Below are positions 1 to 11,114 of a stretch of DNA of 24,000 nucleotides, in pieces. Where the stretch lies: positions 450,763-474,762 of the forward strand of contig NZ_JBIFXS010000001.1 in the NCBI RefSeq assembly GCF_043558645.1. Direction: 5' to 3'. Made by a program: the position numbers and the translations under genes. This DNA comes from Mariniflexile sp. HNIBRBA6329. Its GTDB lineage: Bacteria; Bacteroidota; Bacteroidia; Flavobacteriales; Flavobacteriaceae. Below the pieces are notes generated by a model. It saw only the letters and a program-made list of their open reading frames with translations. It had not been told where the DNA came from and ran no database searches. Every line of letters begins with the position of its first letter. Positions within the stretch are counted from its first letter, which is position 1.

Positions 1-434
1 ATAATTTCCCTGACGATAACGTAAATGGCGTAGAGGTTTCAAACTCATACATTAGAGTAGGCGCTTTAGAACCAAAATATGGCTCAAACCTTGTTGCAGG
101 TTTTTCTAACTACGGAAAGCAAAATGTTGATGTATTTGCACCAGGAGCCAAAATATATTCTACAACCCCTGAAAACGAATACGACACCAAAGGAGGCACC
201 TCAATGGCGGCCCCTGCGGTAGCTGGTGTTGCAGCATTAATTCGTTCTTACTATCCAAAATTAACAGCTGCTCAAGTAAAGCAAATTATTATGGAATCTG
301 GTTTGCCTATTAAAACAAAAGTGGTTGTTGGTGGCGATACCAATAATGTAAAACCATTTGCCGATTTATCTAAATCTGGCAGAATTGTTAATGCATATAA
401 CGCCTTCATTATGGCAGCTAAAATGTCTATGTAA
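1..434 (+). CDS. S8 (subtilisin-like) serine peptidase, C-terminal part; the gene starts upstream of the window
   Basis: The frame-3 reading frame is open from position 3 (NFPDDNVNGVEVSNSYIRVGALEPKYGSNLVAGFSNYGKQNVDVFAPGAKIYSTTPENEYDTKGGTSMAAPAVAGVAALIRS...). GGTSMAAP is the catalytic-serine motif of S8 peptidases. The 204..434 track ORF is only the tail after an internal Met. Confidence 0.85.
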   Translation, partial: NFPDDNVNGVEVSNSYIRVGALEPKYGSNLVAGFSNYGKQNVDVFAPGAKIYSTTPENEYDTKGGTSMAAPAVAGVAALIRSYYPKLTAAQVKQIIMESGLPIKTKVVVGGDTNNVKPFADLSKSGRIVNAYNAFIMAAKMSM

Positions 435-498
435 CTTAAAATTTATAGACATAAGTATTAAAATATTTTAGTTTCTCAAAAACTATAACCTTATTTAA

Positions 499-536
499 AA
501 TAGATTCTGAAAACTATATCAGAATCTATTTTTTTA
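499..536 (+). terminator. Intrinsic terminator downstream of the S8 peptidase gene
   Basis: Perfect 12-bp stem: aatagattctga (499-510) pairs with tcagaatctatt (519-530). The loop is 8 nt and a T-run follows (531-535). Confidence 0.6.
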
Positions 537-568
537 TTATTTTCAAACAGTTATAAAAAGAAAAACAA

Positions 569-2401
569 ATGAAAAAATTAACTATTTCTATACTGTCTGT
601 TTTGGTGTTTTGGTCTTGTAACAGTGCACAACCCGTTACCACACCTTCACCATCACAAAACAATACAAATTCATGTTATTGGCAACAGCATGTAGATTAC
701 AAAATGGACATTGATATGGATGTAAACACCTATCAATACAAAGGCAAACAAACCTTGGTGTATACCAATAACTCGCCCGATATTTTAAACCGTGTGTATT
801 ATCACTTATATTTTAATGCTTTTCAACCGGGTAGTGAAATGGACGTTCGTTCTCGAACCATAGCTGACCCAGACCGCAGGGTTAAAGATCGTATTAGCAA
901 ACTGCAGCCAAACGAAATTGGTTATATCAAAGTAAATTCGTTAAAACAAAATGGCAAAACCATTAAGCACGAAACCGTTGGAACCGTTTTAGAAGTTGAT
1001 TTGGCAAAACCCATTCAACCGGGTGAAAGCGTTACTTTTGAAATGGATTTTGATGCCCAAGTACCTGTACAAATTCGTCGTTCCGGTAGAAACAATAAAG
1101 AAGGAGTAGCTTTATCAATGGCACAGTGGTACCCAAAAATAGCTGAATACGATTTTGAAGGCTGGCATGCACACCCCTATATTGGACGTGAATTCCATGG
1201 CGTATGGGGCAATTTTGATGTGAAAATTAATATCGATAAAAACTATATTATTGGTGGTACAGGTTATTTACAAAACCCTAACGAAATTGGTTATGGTTAC
1301 GAAACAGGCACTGTAACCAGACCAAATACCGATAAATTGACATGGCATTTTGTAGCGCCTAATGTACATGATTTTACTTGGGCTGCCGACCCCAATTATA
1401 TTCACGATACGATGCAGGTACCTAATGGCCCAATGCTTCACTTTCTTTATAAAAACACCATGTCCGATGAACAAAAGGACAACTGGAAACGCATACAACC
1501 TAAAGCTGTTGAATTCATGCAATATTTTAGCGACCTTGTAGGTAAGTATCCTTATAAACAGTATTCCATCATTCAAGGAGGCGATGGTGGTATGGAATAT
1601 GGTATGTGCACCCTTCTTTTGGGTGAAGGCACTTATGAAGGTATGATAAAAGGCACGATATCACATGAAATGGCTCATACTTGGTTTCAATTTTTATTGG
1701 CTAGCAACGAATCTAAACACCCATGGATGGATGAAGGTTTTTCTACATATATAGAATATAATGCCGTTAACAGTCTATTTAATGAAGGTAAGGAAAACCC
1801 TTTAGAAGAAGCTTATGAAGCCTATATATCCTTAGCCAAATCAGGTAGAGAACAACCCTTAACAACACAAGGCGACCGCTACGTTTATAATAGAGCCTAC
1901 AGTTTAGCATCATACTATAAAGGCGCTGTATTTTTAGCACAATTGGGCTATATTATGGGTGAAGAAAACTTAACAAAAACCATTAAAAAATATTTTGACG
2001 ACTTTGCTTTTAAACATCCTAAGCCATTGGATATTATCCGTACTGCAGAAAAAGTTTCAGGCTTAGAACTCGATTGGTATTTAACCGATTTTGCCCAAAC
2101 CACCAACACCATAGATTATGGTGTAAAAACTATTGAAAGCAACACCATTTCCTTAGAACGCATTGGCTTAATGCCCATGCCTATTGATGTAACCGTAACT
2201 TATACCGATGGTAAAACCGAAGATTTTTACATCCCATTACAAATGATGCGTGGTGAAAAACCAACCAAAGCTACGTTAATAAAAGATTGGGCTTGGGCAT
2301 ACCCTACCTACACTTTTGAAACCAAAAAAGCGGTAAAAAGTGTAGTAATAGACCCAAAAAATTTAATGGCGGATATTAATAAAGAAAATAACAGAAAGTA
2401 A
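569..2401 (+). CDS. M1-family zinc metallopeptidase (aminopeptidase N-like), probable lipoprotein
   Basis: 610-aa ORF. It has a GGMEYGM exopeptidase-like motif (GxMEN type) followed by HEMAHTWF-x18-WMDEGFSTY, which is the HExxH-x18-E zinc site. The N-terminal signal ends in FWSC, a lipobox-like Cys. Confidence 0.85.
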   Translation: MKKLTISILSVLVFWSCNSAQPVTTPSPSQNNTNSCYWQQHVDYKMDIDMDVNTYQYKGKQTLVYTNNSPDILNRVYYHLYFNAFQPGSEMDVRSRTIADPDRRVKDRISKLQPNEIGYIKVNSLKQNGKTIKHETVGTVLEVDLAKPIQPGESVTFEMDFDAQVPVQIRRSGRNNKEGVALSMAQWYPKIAEYDFEGWHAHPYIGREFHGVWGNFDVKINIDKNYIIGGTGYLQNPNEIGYGYETGTVTRPNTDKLTWHFVAPNVHDFTWAADPNYIHDTMQVPNGPMLHFLYKNTMSDEQKDNWKRIQPKAVEFMQYFSDLVGKYPYKQYSIIQGGDGGMEYGMCTLLLGEGTYEGMIKGTISHEMAHTWFQFLLASNESKHPWMDEGFSTYIEYNAVNSLFNEGKENPLEEAYEAYISLAKSGREQPLTTQGDRYVYNRAYSLASYYKGAVFLAQLGYIMGEENLTKTIKKYFDDFAFKHPKPLDIIRTAEKVSGLELDWYLTDFAQTTNTIDYGVKTIESNTISLERIGLMPMPIDVTVTYTDGKTEDFYIPLQMMRGEKPTKATLIKDWAWAYPTYTFETKKAVKSVVIDPKNLMADINKENNRK

Positions 2402-2461
2402 TTAAAATTGTTTTCAAATAAACTTGGTGTTATTGATGCTCTCCACAAAATTTATTATTGA

Positions 2462-2469
2462 TATATTTG
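2462..2469 (+). promoter_or_regulatory. Candidate Bacteroidota -7 promoter box (TAtaTTTG) for the 2500..3165 gene
   Basis: Exact match to the TAnnTTTG consensus, ending 30 nt upstream of the ATG at 2500. Confidence 0.35.
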
Positions 2470-2499
2470 AAATTAAACAGAACTTAACAAATAATTAAA

Positions 2500-3165
2500 A
2501 TGGAGATATTAATTAAGAATATCAAAAAACAAATAGCCTTATTTACACTATTTTTATTAACGGCAAGCGTTTGTGTTGCTCAACAAAACGAAGAAGCTAA
2601 ATTAATAGAAAAAGCTGGTAACTGGGTTGCAGAATTAAATCTCAATAATAAAGAAAAGGAAATACAGGTAACCGAAGATATATCAACACATTTAATAGCG
2701 GTACGTAATTGGCACAACAGTCACCCGTTTGATAGTGTTCCTGCAGGTATTAATCCAGTAACCGGTCAACCCTTATCGGAGTTAGACCGCTCCATTATCG
2801 CCGATTCAGCAATGCCTAATTCTGTACATGAGGCACTTATGGCAGGACTCAAAGCAAACCTTAACGATAACCAAATTGAGGCTATTCTAGATAAATATAC
2901 CATTGGCAAAGTGGCGTTTACCTTAAAAGGATATCATGCAATAGTTACTGATCTCACAGAAGAAGAAGAATCTATTATATTAAAAAACCTAAAAGAAGCT
3001 CGAGAAATAGCTGTGGATTTTAAAAATATGAAGCAAATCTCGGCCATTTTTGAAATTTATAAAACCAAAAACGAACAATATTTAAACTCTAATGGAAGAA
3101 GTTGGAGACAATTGTATAAAGATTATGGAAAGCGTATGAAAGCTGAAAAAGCTAAAAAAAACTAA
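2500..3165 (+). CDS. Secreted protein of unknown function, mostly helical, possibly DUF3826-like
   Basis: 221-aa ORF with an N-terminal signal peptide (LFTLFLLTASVCVAQQ). It has its own promoter box and a strong terminator. The family assignment comes from weak recollection only. Confidence 0.7.
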   Translation: MEILIKNIKKQIALFTLFLLTASVCVAQQNEEAKLIEKAGNWVAELNLNNKEKEIQVTEDISTHLIAVRNWHNSHPFDSVPAGINPVTGQPLSELDRSIIADSAMPNSVHEALMAGLKANLNDNQIEAILDKYTIGKVAFTLKGYHAIVTDLTEEEESIILKNLKEAREIAVDFKNMKQISAIFEIYKTKNEQYLNSNGRSWRQLYKDYGKRMKAEKAKKN

Positions 3166-3194
3166 CTTTTTAATAAATAACTCAATCATATTCT

Positions 3195-3225
3195 AAAGCC
3201 TTCTTTGTATTAAGAAGGCTTTTTG
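3195..3225 (+). terminator. Intrinsic terminator after the 2500..3165 gene
   Basis: Perfect 10-bp stem: aaagccttct (3195-3204) pairs with agaaggcttt (3213-3222). The loop is 8 nt and the T-run continues past the stem. Confidence 0.7.
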
Positions 3226-3293
3226 TATAGATTTCTATCTTTTTTTAGAAAAAATTACAATACACCCTTATTTTTTTATACATTCGCTCTGTA

Positions 3294-3373
3294 AACTTTA
3301 GGGGTGTTCTACTTTAAGAACTGAGATATACCCTTTGAACCTGATACGGTTAGTACCGTCGAAGGGAAAAGTT
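3294..3373 (+). promoter_or_regulatory. TPP (THI-box) riboswitch
   Basis: P1 stem aacttt (3294-3299) pairs with aaagtt (3368-3373). Inside are the conserved THI-box strings ggggtg...ctgaga...accctttgaacctgat-acgg-ttagt-accgt-cgaaggga. It lies directly upstream of thiS. A near-consensus -7 box TAcaTTcG sits at 3279-3286. Confidence 0.9.
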
Positions 3374-3417
3374 GAATAATACATTGCAATATGTATTAGC
3401 AATTCTTTTCTAAAATA

Positions 3418-3446
3418 AAACTCACCAACACTGAGTTTATTTTTTT
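3418..3446 (+). terminator. Intrinsic terminator, probably the riboswitch expression platform
   Basis: Stem aaactca (3418-3424) pairs with tgagttt (3432-3438). The loop is 7 nt and is followed by a-ttttttt. It lies between the aptamer and the thiS ATG. Confidence 0.65.
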
Positions 3447-3495
3447 CAAACATTTAGATACTTCTACAGTTTACAATAATTAAAAACTATTGTGA

Positions 3496-5615
<2,120 letters not shown>

Positions 5616-5654
5616 AAAACCAATGAATAATCCGTCAACTTAAAACAGAAGCAA

Positions 5655-6245
5655 ATGATTGTTCTTATTGCTCCAGAAGAAGATATACCAAATGAAATTG
5701 ACATACTTAACAAGCTGTTTAAAAACGGGTTGCTCTATTACCATTTAAGAAAACCAAATAAAGATTTTAAAGAGCATTCCGAATATTTAAATAAAATAGA
5801 ACCGGAATACCATAATAGAATTGTAGTTCACTATTTTCACGAATTGGTAAATAGTTTTGACCTAAAAGGAATTCATTTTCAAGAACAAAAAAGAATAGAC
5901 CATATTGATAATCCGGGGCAATATTTTAAAAACCTAAACATGTTTGGAAAAACAATAAGTTCATCGTTTCATGAACCAGAAACTTTAAGTGCTTGTTACT
6001 TTGAGTTCGATTACCATTTGCTAAGTCCGGTATTTTCATCACTATCAAAAGAAGGGTATGAAGGTCGGGGTTTTGATGTAAACCATATTAACAAAACTAT
6101 TGTGGGCATGGGAGGTGTAACGAACGAAAATTTAGACTGCTTTAAAAAATTAGGTTATAAAGGAGTAGGCATTTTAGGTAGCATTTGGAACACCGAAAAT
6201 CCAGTTGAAAGTTTCAATAAAATAAAAAACAGTTATAAAATATAA
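5655..6245 (+). CDS. ThiE-family paralogue lacking the ThiE acidic metal-site residues; probably a TenI-like thiazole tautomerase
   Basis: 196-aa ORF that aligns by eye to the ThiE at 7014..7667. The IINDHY and GVHLGKTD segments of ThiE are replaced by VVHYFH and GIHFQEQK. It retains SSSFHEPE and PVFSSLSKEGYEGRG, which resemble TenI as I recall it. Confidence 0.65.
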   Translation: MIVLIAPEEDIPNEIDILNKLFKNGLLYYHLRKPNKDFKEHSEYLNKIEPEYHNRIVVHYFHELVNSFDLKGIHFQEQKRIDHIDNPGQYFKNLNMFGKTISSSFHEPETLSACYFEFDYHLLSPVFSSLSKEGYEGRGFDVNHINKTIVGMGGVTNENLDCFKKLGYKGVGILGSIWNTENPVESFNKIKNSYKI

Positions 6246-6255
6246 TTCTAACGTA

Positions 6256-7017
6256 TTGCAACCAAAACCATACATAATAACCATAGGTGGCTTAGACCCC
6301 TCTAGTGGAGCAGGCATTACTTCGGATATTAAAACATTTGAAACTTACGGGCTCTATGGGTTATCGGTTTGTACAGCGGTTACTGTTCAAGACGATGCGT
6401 CTTTTAAACAGTGCGAATGGGTAAGACCACAGGTTGTAATAAATCAATTAGAAGTTCTATTGAATCGTTTTCCTGTTAGTGTCATAAAAATAGGCATAGT
6501 AGAGCATTGGAAAACACTTCATAACATTATCGAAAAAATAAAAGCACTAAAACCCGAAATAAAAATAATAGTAGATCCTATTTTAAAAGCCAGTGCCGGG
6601 TTCGATTTTCACCATAAAGAAAGCATAAACTATTTTGATAACATTTTAGATAAATGCTACCTTTTTACACCTAATTATAACGAAATAAAAGGTTTGTACC
6701 CAGAAAAATCTATTGAAGATACCATTTCTTATATTTCTAAAAAATCAAACATCTATTTAAAAGGCGGTCATAGAACCGATAAAAAAGGCTGGGATGAATT
6801 GTACTATGGCGGTATCGTTCAAATAAACATAGAACCCATAGCTGATAAAATTTATGAAAAACACGGAAGTGGTTGTGTATTAGCTGCTGCCATAGCTTCA
6901 AATTTAGTAAAAAACATGCATTTGGAAGATGCTTGTAGGCAAGCAAAATACTATACCGAACAGTTTTTAAACTCAAATACATCCTTATTAGGACACCATA
7001 ATTACCAAAACACATGA
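6256..7017 (+). CDS. thiD: Hydroxymethylpyrimidine/phosphomethylpyrimidine kinase ThiD (TTG start)
   Basis: The N-terminus ITIGGLDPSSGAGITSDIKTF matches the ThiD GxDxxGGAG motif. GSGCVLAAAIASNL matches the ribokinase-family anion hole. The only in-frame start upstream of the conserved N-terminus is the TTG at 6256. Confidence 0.88.
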   Translation: MQPKPYIITIGGLDPSSGAGITSDIKTFETYGLYGLSVCTAVTVQDDASFKQCEWVRPQVVINQLEVLLNRFPVSVIKIGIVEHWKTLHNIIEKIKALKPEIKIIVDPILKASAGFDFHHKESINYFDNILDKCYLFTPNYNEIKGLYPEKSIEDTISYISKKSNIYLKGGHRTDKKGWDELYYGGIVQINIEPIADKIYEKHGSGCVLAAAIASNLVKNMHLEDACRQAKYYTEQFLNSNTSLLGHHNYQNT

Positions 7018-7667
7018 TAAGTAAATTACATTATATATCGCAAGGCGAAACACCTAGACAACATTTAGAAAACATACAAAAAGCATGTACTTCTGGAGCA
7101 GAATTAGTGCAATTACGTCTTAAAAATATAGACCTTAAAACCATTTTTGAAACCGCACTACAAGCTAGAGAAATAACCTCCCATTTTCAAACACGATTAA
7201 TAATAAACGATCATTATAAAATAGCTCGAGAAGTGAAAGCGGACGGTGTTCATTTAGGAAAAACCGATGCTTGCCCTTTAGAAGCAAAAAGCTATTTAGG
7301 AAAATTTTACAGTGTAGGAGGTACTGCAAATACACTTGAAGATTGCAAAAGATTAATTGAAAAAAAGGTAGATTATATTGGCCTAGGACCTTTTAAATTC
7401 ACTGAAACGAAAACCAATTTAAGTCCAGTTTTGGGTATTCTAGGCTACCAAACCATTATTGATGCTTTGCAAACAAAAACCCCCATAATTGCCATTGGAG
7501 GGATTATGGTATCTGACGTTCCTGAATTATTAAAAACAGGAATTTATGGCGTTGCAGCATCGGGAGAAATTACCAAAAACTTTAATAATATAAGTACTTT
7601 CAACACGCTCTTAAAAGCACCTTCAACAAACGAACAGGTATGGAAAGTCAATTTAAAAACAGAGTAG
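7014..7667 (+). CDS. thiE: Thiamine-phosphate synthase ThiE
   Basis: 217-aa ORF with [43 protein letters not shown] and IIAIGGI motifs. Its ATG overlaps the thiD stop (ATGA). Confidence 0.9.
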   Translation: MISKLHYISQGETPRQHLENIQKACTSGAELVQLRLKNIDLKTIFETALQAREITSHFQTRLIINDHYKIAREVKADGVHLGKTDACPLEAKSYLGKFYSVGGTANTLEDCKRLIEKKVDYIGLGPFKFTETKTNLSPVLGILGYQTIIDALQTKTPIIAIGGIMVSDVPELLKTGIYGVAASGEITKNFNNISTFNTLLKAPSTNEQVWKVNLKTE

Positions 7668-7671
7668 CAGT

Positions 7672-8442
7672 ATGGATGATATACTTAGAATAGCAAATAA
7701 AACCTTTATGTCTAGATTATTTACTGGCACAGGAAAATTTAGCAGCACAGCACTTATGCGAGATGCCATTATAGCATCAGAAAGTGAATTAGCCACCGTT
7801 GCATTAAAACGAGTGGATGTTAACAACGAATCTGATGACATGTTAACACATTTAAATCATGTTAATTTATTACCAAACACCTCTGGAGTAAGAACTGCAA
7901 AAGAAGCTATTTTTGCGGCCCAATTAGCTAGAGAAGCCTTAAATACCAATTGGATAAAATTAGAAATTCATCCAGATCCAAAATATTTATTACCAGACCC
8001 CATAGAAACTCTAAAAGCAGCCAAAGCATTAGTGAAATTAGGTTTTATTGTGATGCCATATATACATGCTGACCCTGTTCTATGCAAACGTTTGGAAGAT
8101 GTAGGTACACAATGCGTTATGCCACTTGGTGCTCCAATAGGCAGTAATAAAGGGATAAAAACCGTCGATTTTTTAAAAATAATTATAGAACAAAGTAATG
8201 TGCCTGTTATTGTTGATGCTGGTATTGGAGCACCATCACATGCCGCGTATGCTATGGAATTAGGAGCCGATGCCGTTTTAGTAAATACCGCCATTGCTGT
8301 GTCTCAAAACCCAGTTGAAATGGCTATCGCATTTAAAATGGCTGTAAAAGCAGGCAGAATGGCTTATAATGCAAAAATGGCTCCCATAAAAAACCACGCC
8401 GATGCCAGTAGTCCGCTTACTTCTTTTTTAAATGAAACGTAA
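7672..8442 (+). CDS. thiG: Thiazole synthase ThiG
   Basis: 256-aa ORF with FxSRLxxGTGK, [27 protein letters not shown] and [14 protein letters not shown] motifs typical of ThiG. Confidence 0.93.
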   Translation: MDDILRIANKTFMSRLFTGTGKFSSTALMRDAIIASESELATVALKRVDVNNESDDMLTHLNHVNLLPNTSGVRTAKEAIFAAQLAREALNTNWIKLEIHPDPKYLLPDPIETLKAAKALVKLGFIVMPYIHADPVLCKRLEDVGTQCVMPLGAPIGSNKGIKTVDFLKIIIEQSNVPVIVDAGIGAPSHAAYAMELGADAVLVNTAIAVSQNPVEMAIAFKMAVKAGRMAYNAKMAPIKNHADASSPLTSFLNET

Positions 8443-8465
8443 TAAACAAATTAAAAAAGCTTCAA

Positions 8466-9575
8466 ATGTCATTTAAAAACACCTTTTATAATTACGATTG
8501 GTCAACCATAGAAAACGAAATTTATACCGTTACGCCCGATGCTGTTGAAAAAGTGCTTCAAAAAGCGCATATAACTTTAGACGAATTTAAAATATTAATT
8601 TCTCCTGCAGCAAAACCATATATTGAACAAATGGCACAACGCAGTAGTATATTAACCAAAAAGCGTTTTGGCAATACCATGCAAATGTATATTCCCATGT
8701 ACCTGTCCAACGAATGTCAAAACATTTGTACTTACTGTGGTTTTAGTATGACTAATAAAATTCCGAGAAAAACATTGAGTGATGCCGAAATTTTAAAAGA
8801 AGCTCATTATATAAAAAACTTAGGGTACGATCATATTTTACTGGTTACGGGAGAAGCCAATAAAACTGTAGGAGTAGACTATATAAAACATGCTATAAAT
8901 TTAATCAACACTCACTTTTCTAATATTAGTATAGAGGTGCAACCTTTAGATCAGGAAGAATACGAATTACTCATAGAAGCAGGTTTATATGCCGTTTTAG
9001 TATACCAAGAAACCTACCATGAAGCAACCTATAAAGAACATCATCCTAAAGGAAAAAAATCTAATTTTCATTATAGATTGGATACCCCCGACAGACTTGG
9101 AAAAGCCGGAATACACAAAATAGGCTTAGGTTCATTATTTGGTTTGGAAGATTGGCGTGTAGATAGTTTTTATACAGCATTACATTTAAAATATTTACAA
9201 AAGACCTATTGGAAAACAAAGTACTCCATTTCATTTCCAAGGTTACGCCCTCACTCTGGTGGTTTAGAGCCTAAAGTAGAAATGACCGATGCAGACTTAG
9301 TACAACTAATTTGTGCATACAGATTGCTTGATGAAGATGTAGAACTATCCTTATCCACTCGCGAAAATGAAGTTTTTAGAAACAATATTGTGAATTTGGG
9401 AATCACATCTATTAGTGCAGAATCGAAAACAAATCCTGGGGGTTATAGTGTAGAACCACAGTCCTTAGAACAATTTGAAATTTCAGATGAGCGTTCTACA
9501 ACCGACATAAAAAACATGCTTCAATCGCAAGGCTTTGAGGTAGTTTGGAAAGATTGGACCAATAATTGGCAATGA
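8466..9575 (+). CDS. thiH: 2-iminoacetate synthase ThiH (radical SAM tyrosine lyase)
   Basis: 369-aa ORF with the radical-SAM cluster motif CQNICTYCGF (CxxxCxxC). It sits immediately after thiG. Confidence 0.88.
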   Translation: MSFKNTFYNYDWSTIENEIYTVTPDAVEKVLQKAHITLDEFKILISPAAKPYIEQMAQRSSILTKKRFGNTMQMYIPMYLSNECQNICTYCGFSMTNKIPRKTLSDAEILKEAHYIKNLGYDHILLVTGEANKTVGVDYIKHAINLINTHFSNISIEVQPLDQEEYELLIEAGLYAVLVYQETYHEATYKEHHPKGKKSNFHYRLDTPDRLGKAGIHKIGLGSLFGLEDWRVDSFYTALHLKYLQKTYWKTKYSISFPRLRPHSGGLEPKVEMTDADLVQLICAYRLLDEDVELSLSTRENEVFRNNIVNLGITSISAESKTNPGGYSVEPQSLEQFEISDERSTTDIKNMLQSQGFEVVWKDWTNNWQ

Positions 9576-9594
9576 TAAAATTAAGTTTATAAAA

Positions 9595-10659
9595 ATGCTT
9601 AGCAAAGAAGAAGAAAAACAATATAGTAGACATCTTATTTTAGACGAAATTGGTAATGCTGGACAATTAAAATTAAAACAAGCCAAGGTTTTAATGGTTG
9701 GTGCTGGAGGTTTAGGTTGCCCCATACTACAATATTTAACAGCTGCCGGTGTTGGTACTATTGGAATTATAGACCTCGATTGTGTAGATCAAAGCAATTT
9801 ACAGCGCCAAATTTTGTATACATATAATGATATTGGCAAGTATAAAGCTAAAGTTGCTGCAACCAGATTATCACAATTAAACCCATTTATAACTTTTAAA
9901 ACGTATGTAGAACCACTTACCAAAGAAAATGCCATCAACATATTTAAAAACTTTGATGTTATAGTAGATGGAAGCGATAATTTCCCTACGCGCTATTTGG
10001 TTAACGATGCTGCAGTTTTAACAAATAAGCCCTTGGTTTTTGGTTCTATTTTTAAATTTGAAGGACAAGTTTCCGTGTTTAATTACAAAAATGGCCCCAC
10101 ATATAGATGCTTATTTCCAACCCCACCAAAATCAGCATCAGTTCCAAATTGCTCAGAAATTGGCGTACTAGGTGTTTTACCAGGCATCATTGGTGTACTT
10201 CAAGCAAACGAAGTTTTAAAAATAATTTGCGAGATGGGTACGGTTTTATCTGGAAAACTATTGGCATTTAATGCGCTTTCCTTACAACAAAGCCTGTTTA
10301 ATTTTGAAAAAAATCCAGCTGTAAACATAACATCACTAGAAAAAAACTATAAAACTTTCTGTAGGGTTCTTAATTCAATTAATGAAATAACGTACAGCGA
10401 CTACAAAAAACATCCCGAAAATTATAATTTATTAGATGTTAGAAACTTATTGGAACGTAAACACCATAATATTGGCGGTATTCATATTCCCTTAAATGAA
10501 CTTTTAAATAAGTTAGATGAAATTCCTTTAAACAAACCCTTAATTGTGTATTGTAAATCTGGCATACGCAGTAAAAAAGCTATTGAGATATTAACAAATA
10601 ATGCTATAAAAATAGATCTCATAAATTTAAAGGACGGCCTAATAAACAGTTCATTTTAA
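9595..10659 (+). CDS. thiF: ThiF/MoeB-family adenylyltransferase fused to a C-terminal rhodanese domain
   Basis: The N-terminus has YSRHLIL and the GAGGLGCP nucleotide-binding loop, followed by DNFPTRYLVNDA. The last ~100 aa (LLDVRN...IVYCKSGIRSKKA) form a rhodanese fold with a CxxGxRS active-site loop. Confidence 0.85.
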   Translation: MLSKEEEKQYSRHLILDEIGNAGQLKLKQAKVLMVGAGGLGCPILQYLTAAGVGTIGIIDLDCVDQSNLQRQILYTYNDIGKYKAKVAATRLSQLNPFITFKTYVEPLTKENAINIFKNFDVIVDGSDNFPTRYLVNDAAVLTNKPLVFGSIFKFEGQVSVFNYKNGPTYRCLFPTPPKSASVPNCSEIGVLGVLPGIIGVLQANEVLKIICEMGTVLSGKLLAFNALSLQQSLFNFEKNPAVNITSLEKNYKTFCRVLNSINEITYSDYKKHPENYNLLDVRNLLERKHHNIGGIHIPLNELLNKLDEIPLNKPLIVYCKSGIRSKKAIEILTNNAIKIDLINLKDGLINSSF

Positions 10660-10691
10660 TTTTATTGGTTTTTTTATGTTAGTTTCATTCT

Positions 10692-10699
10692 TACCTTTG
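10692..10699 (+). promoter_or_regulatory. Candidate -7 promoter box (TAccTTTG) for rnpA
   Basis: Exact TAnnTTTG match that ends only 7 nt before the rnpA ATG at 10707. Confidence 0.35.
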
Positions 10700-10706
10700 G
10701 CTTTCT

Positions 10707-11114
10707 ATGGCACAAACATTTCCAAAAAAAGAAAAACTAAAAAGCAAAAAGCTTATCGAGCAATTGTTTGCCACTGGGCAATCAGTTTCGGCGTTTCCTT
10801 TGCGTTTGGTTTTTTTACCTACTGCTTTTGATGATGGTGTTATAGCGAAAACAGGCGTTTCGGTTAGTAAACGCTATTTTAAAACCGCGGTAGACAGGAA
10901 CCGTATAAAACGTTTGATGCGAGAGATTTACCGACTAAATAAAGCCACGTATTTTAACAACATTACAACACAATATGCGTTTATGATTTTGTACATTGGC
11001 AAAGATAAACCTACTTTAACCCAAGTTGAAACCCGAATGAACCACCTTTTTGAGAAGTTTTTAAACAAGGTTTCTGAAACTGAAAAATTAAATAGTGATG
11101 AACAAATTACTTAA
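10707..11114 (+). CDS. rnpA: Ribonuclease P protein component
   Basis: 135-aa basic protein. It has LKSKKLIEQLF...FPLRLVF and the RNR-type motif AVDRNRIKRLMRE. Confidence 0.85.
   Translation: MAQTFPKKEKLKSKKLIEQLFATGQSVSAFPLRLVFLPTAFDDGVIAKTGVSVSKRYFKTAVDRNRIKRLMREIYRLNKATYFNNITTQYAFMILYIGKDKPTLTQVETRMNHLFEKFLNKVSETEKLNSDEQIT

Noticed and set aside
204-434. Stand-alone 76-aa ORF
   Set aside because: The frame is open back to the window edge and encodes the S8 catalytic-serine region upstream of this Met. The ORF is the tail of a larger gene.
2749-2756. cctgcagg palindrome that superficially resembles the attcctgc/gcaggaat hairpin repeat
   Set aside because: It is an 8-bp self-complementary site within a coding region, with no loop and no flank similarity to the repeat. 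It is not a third copy.
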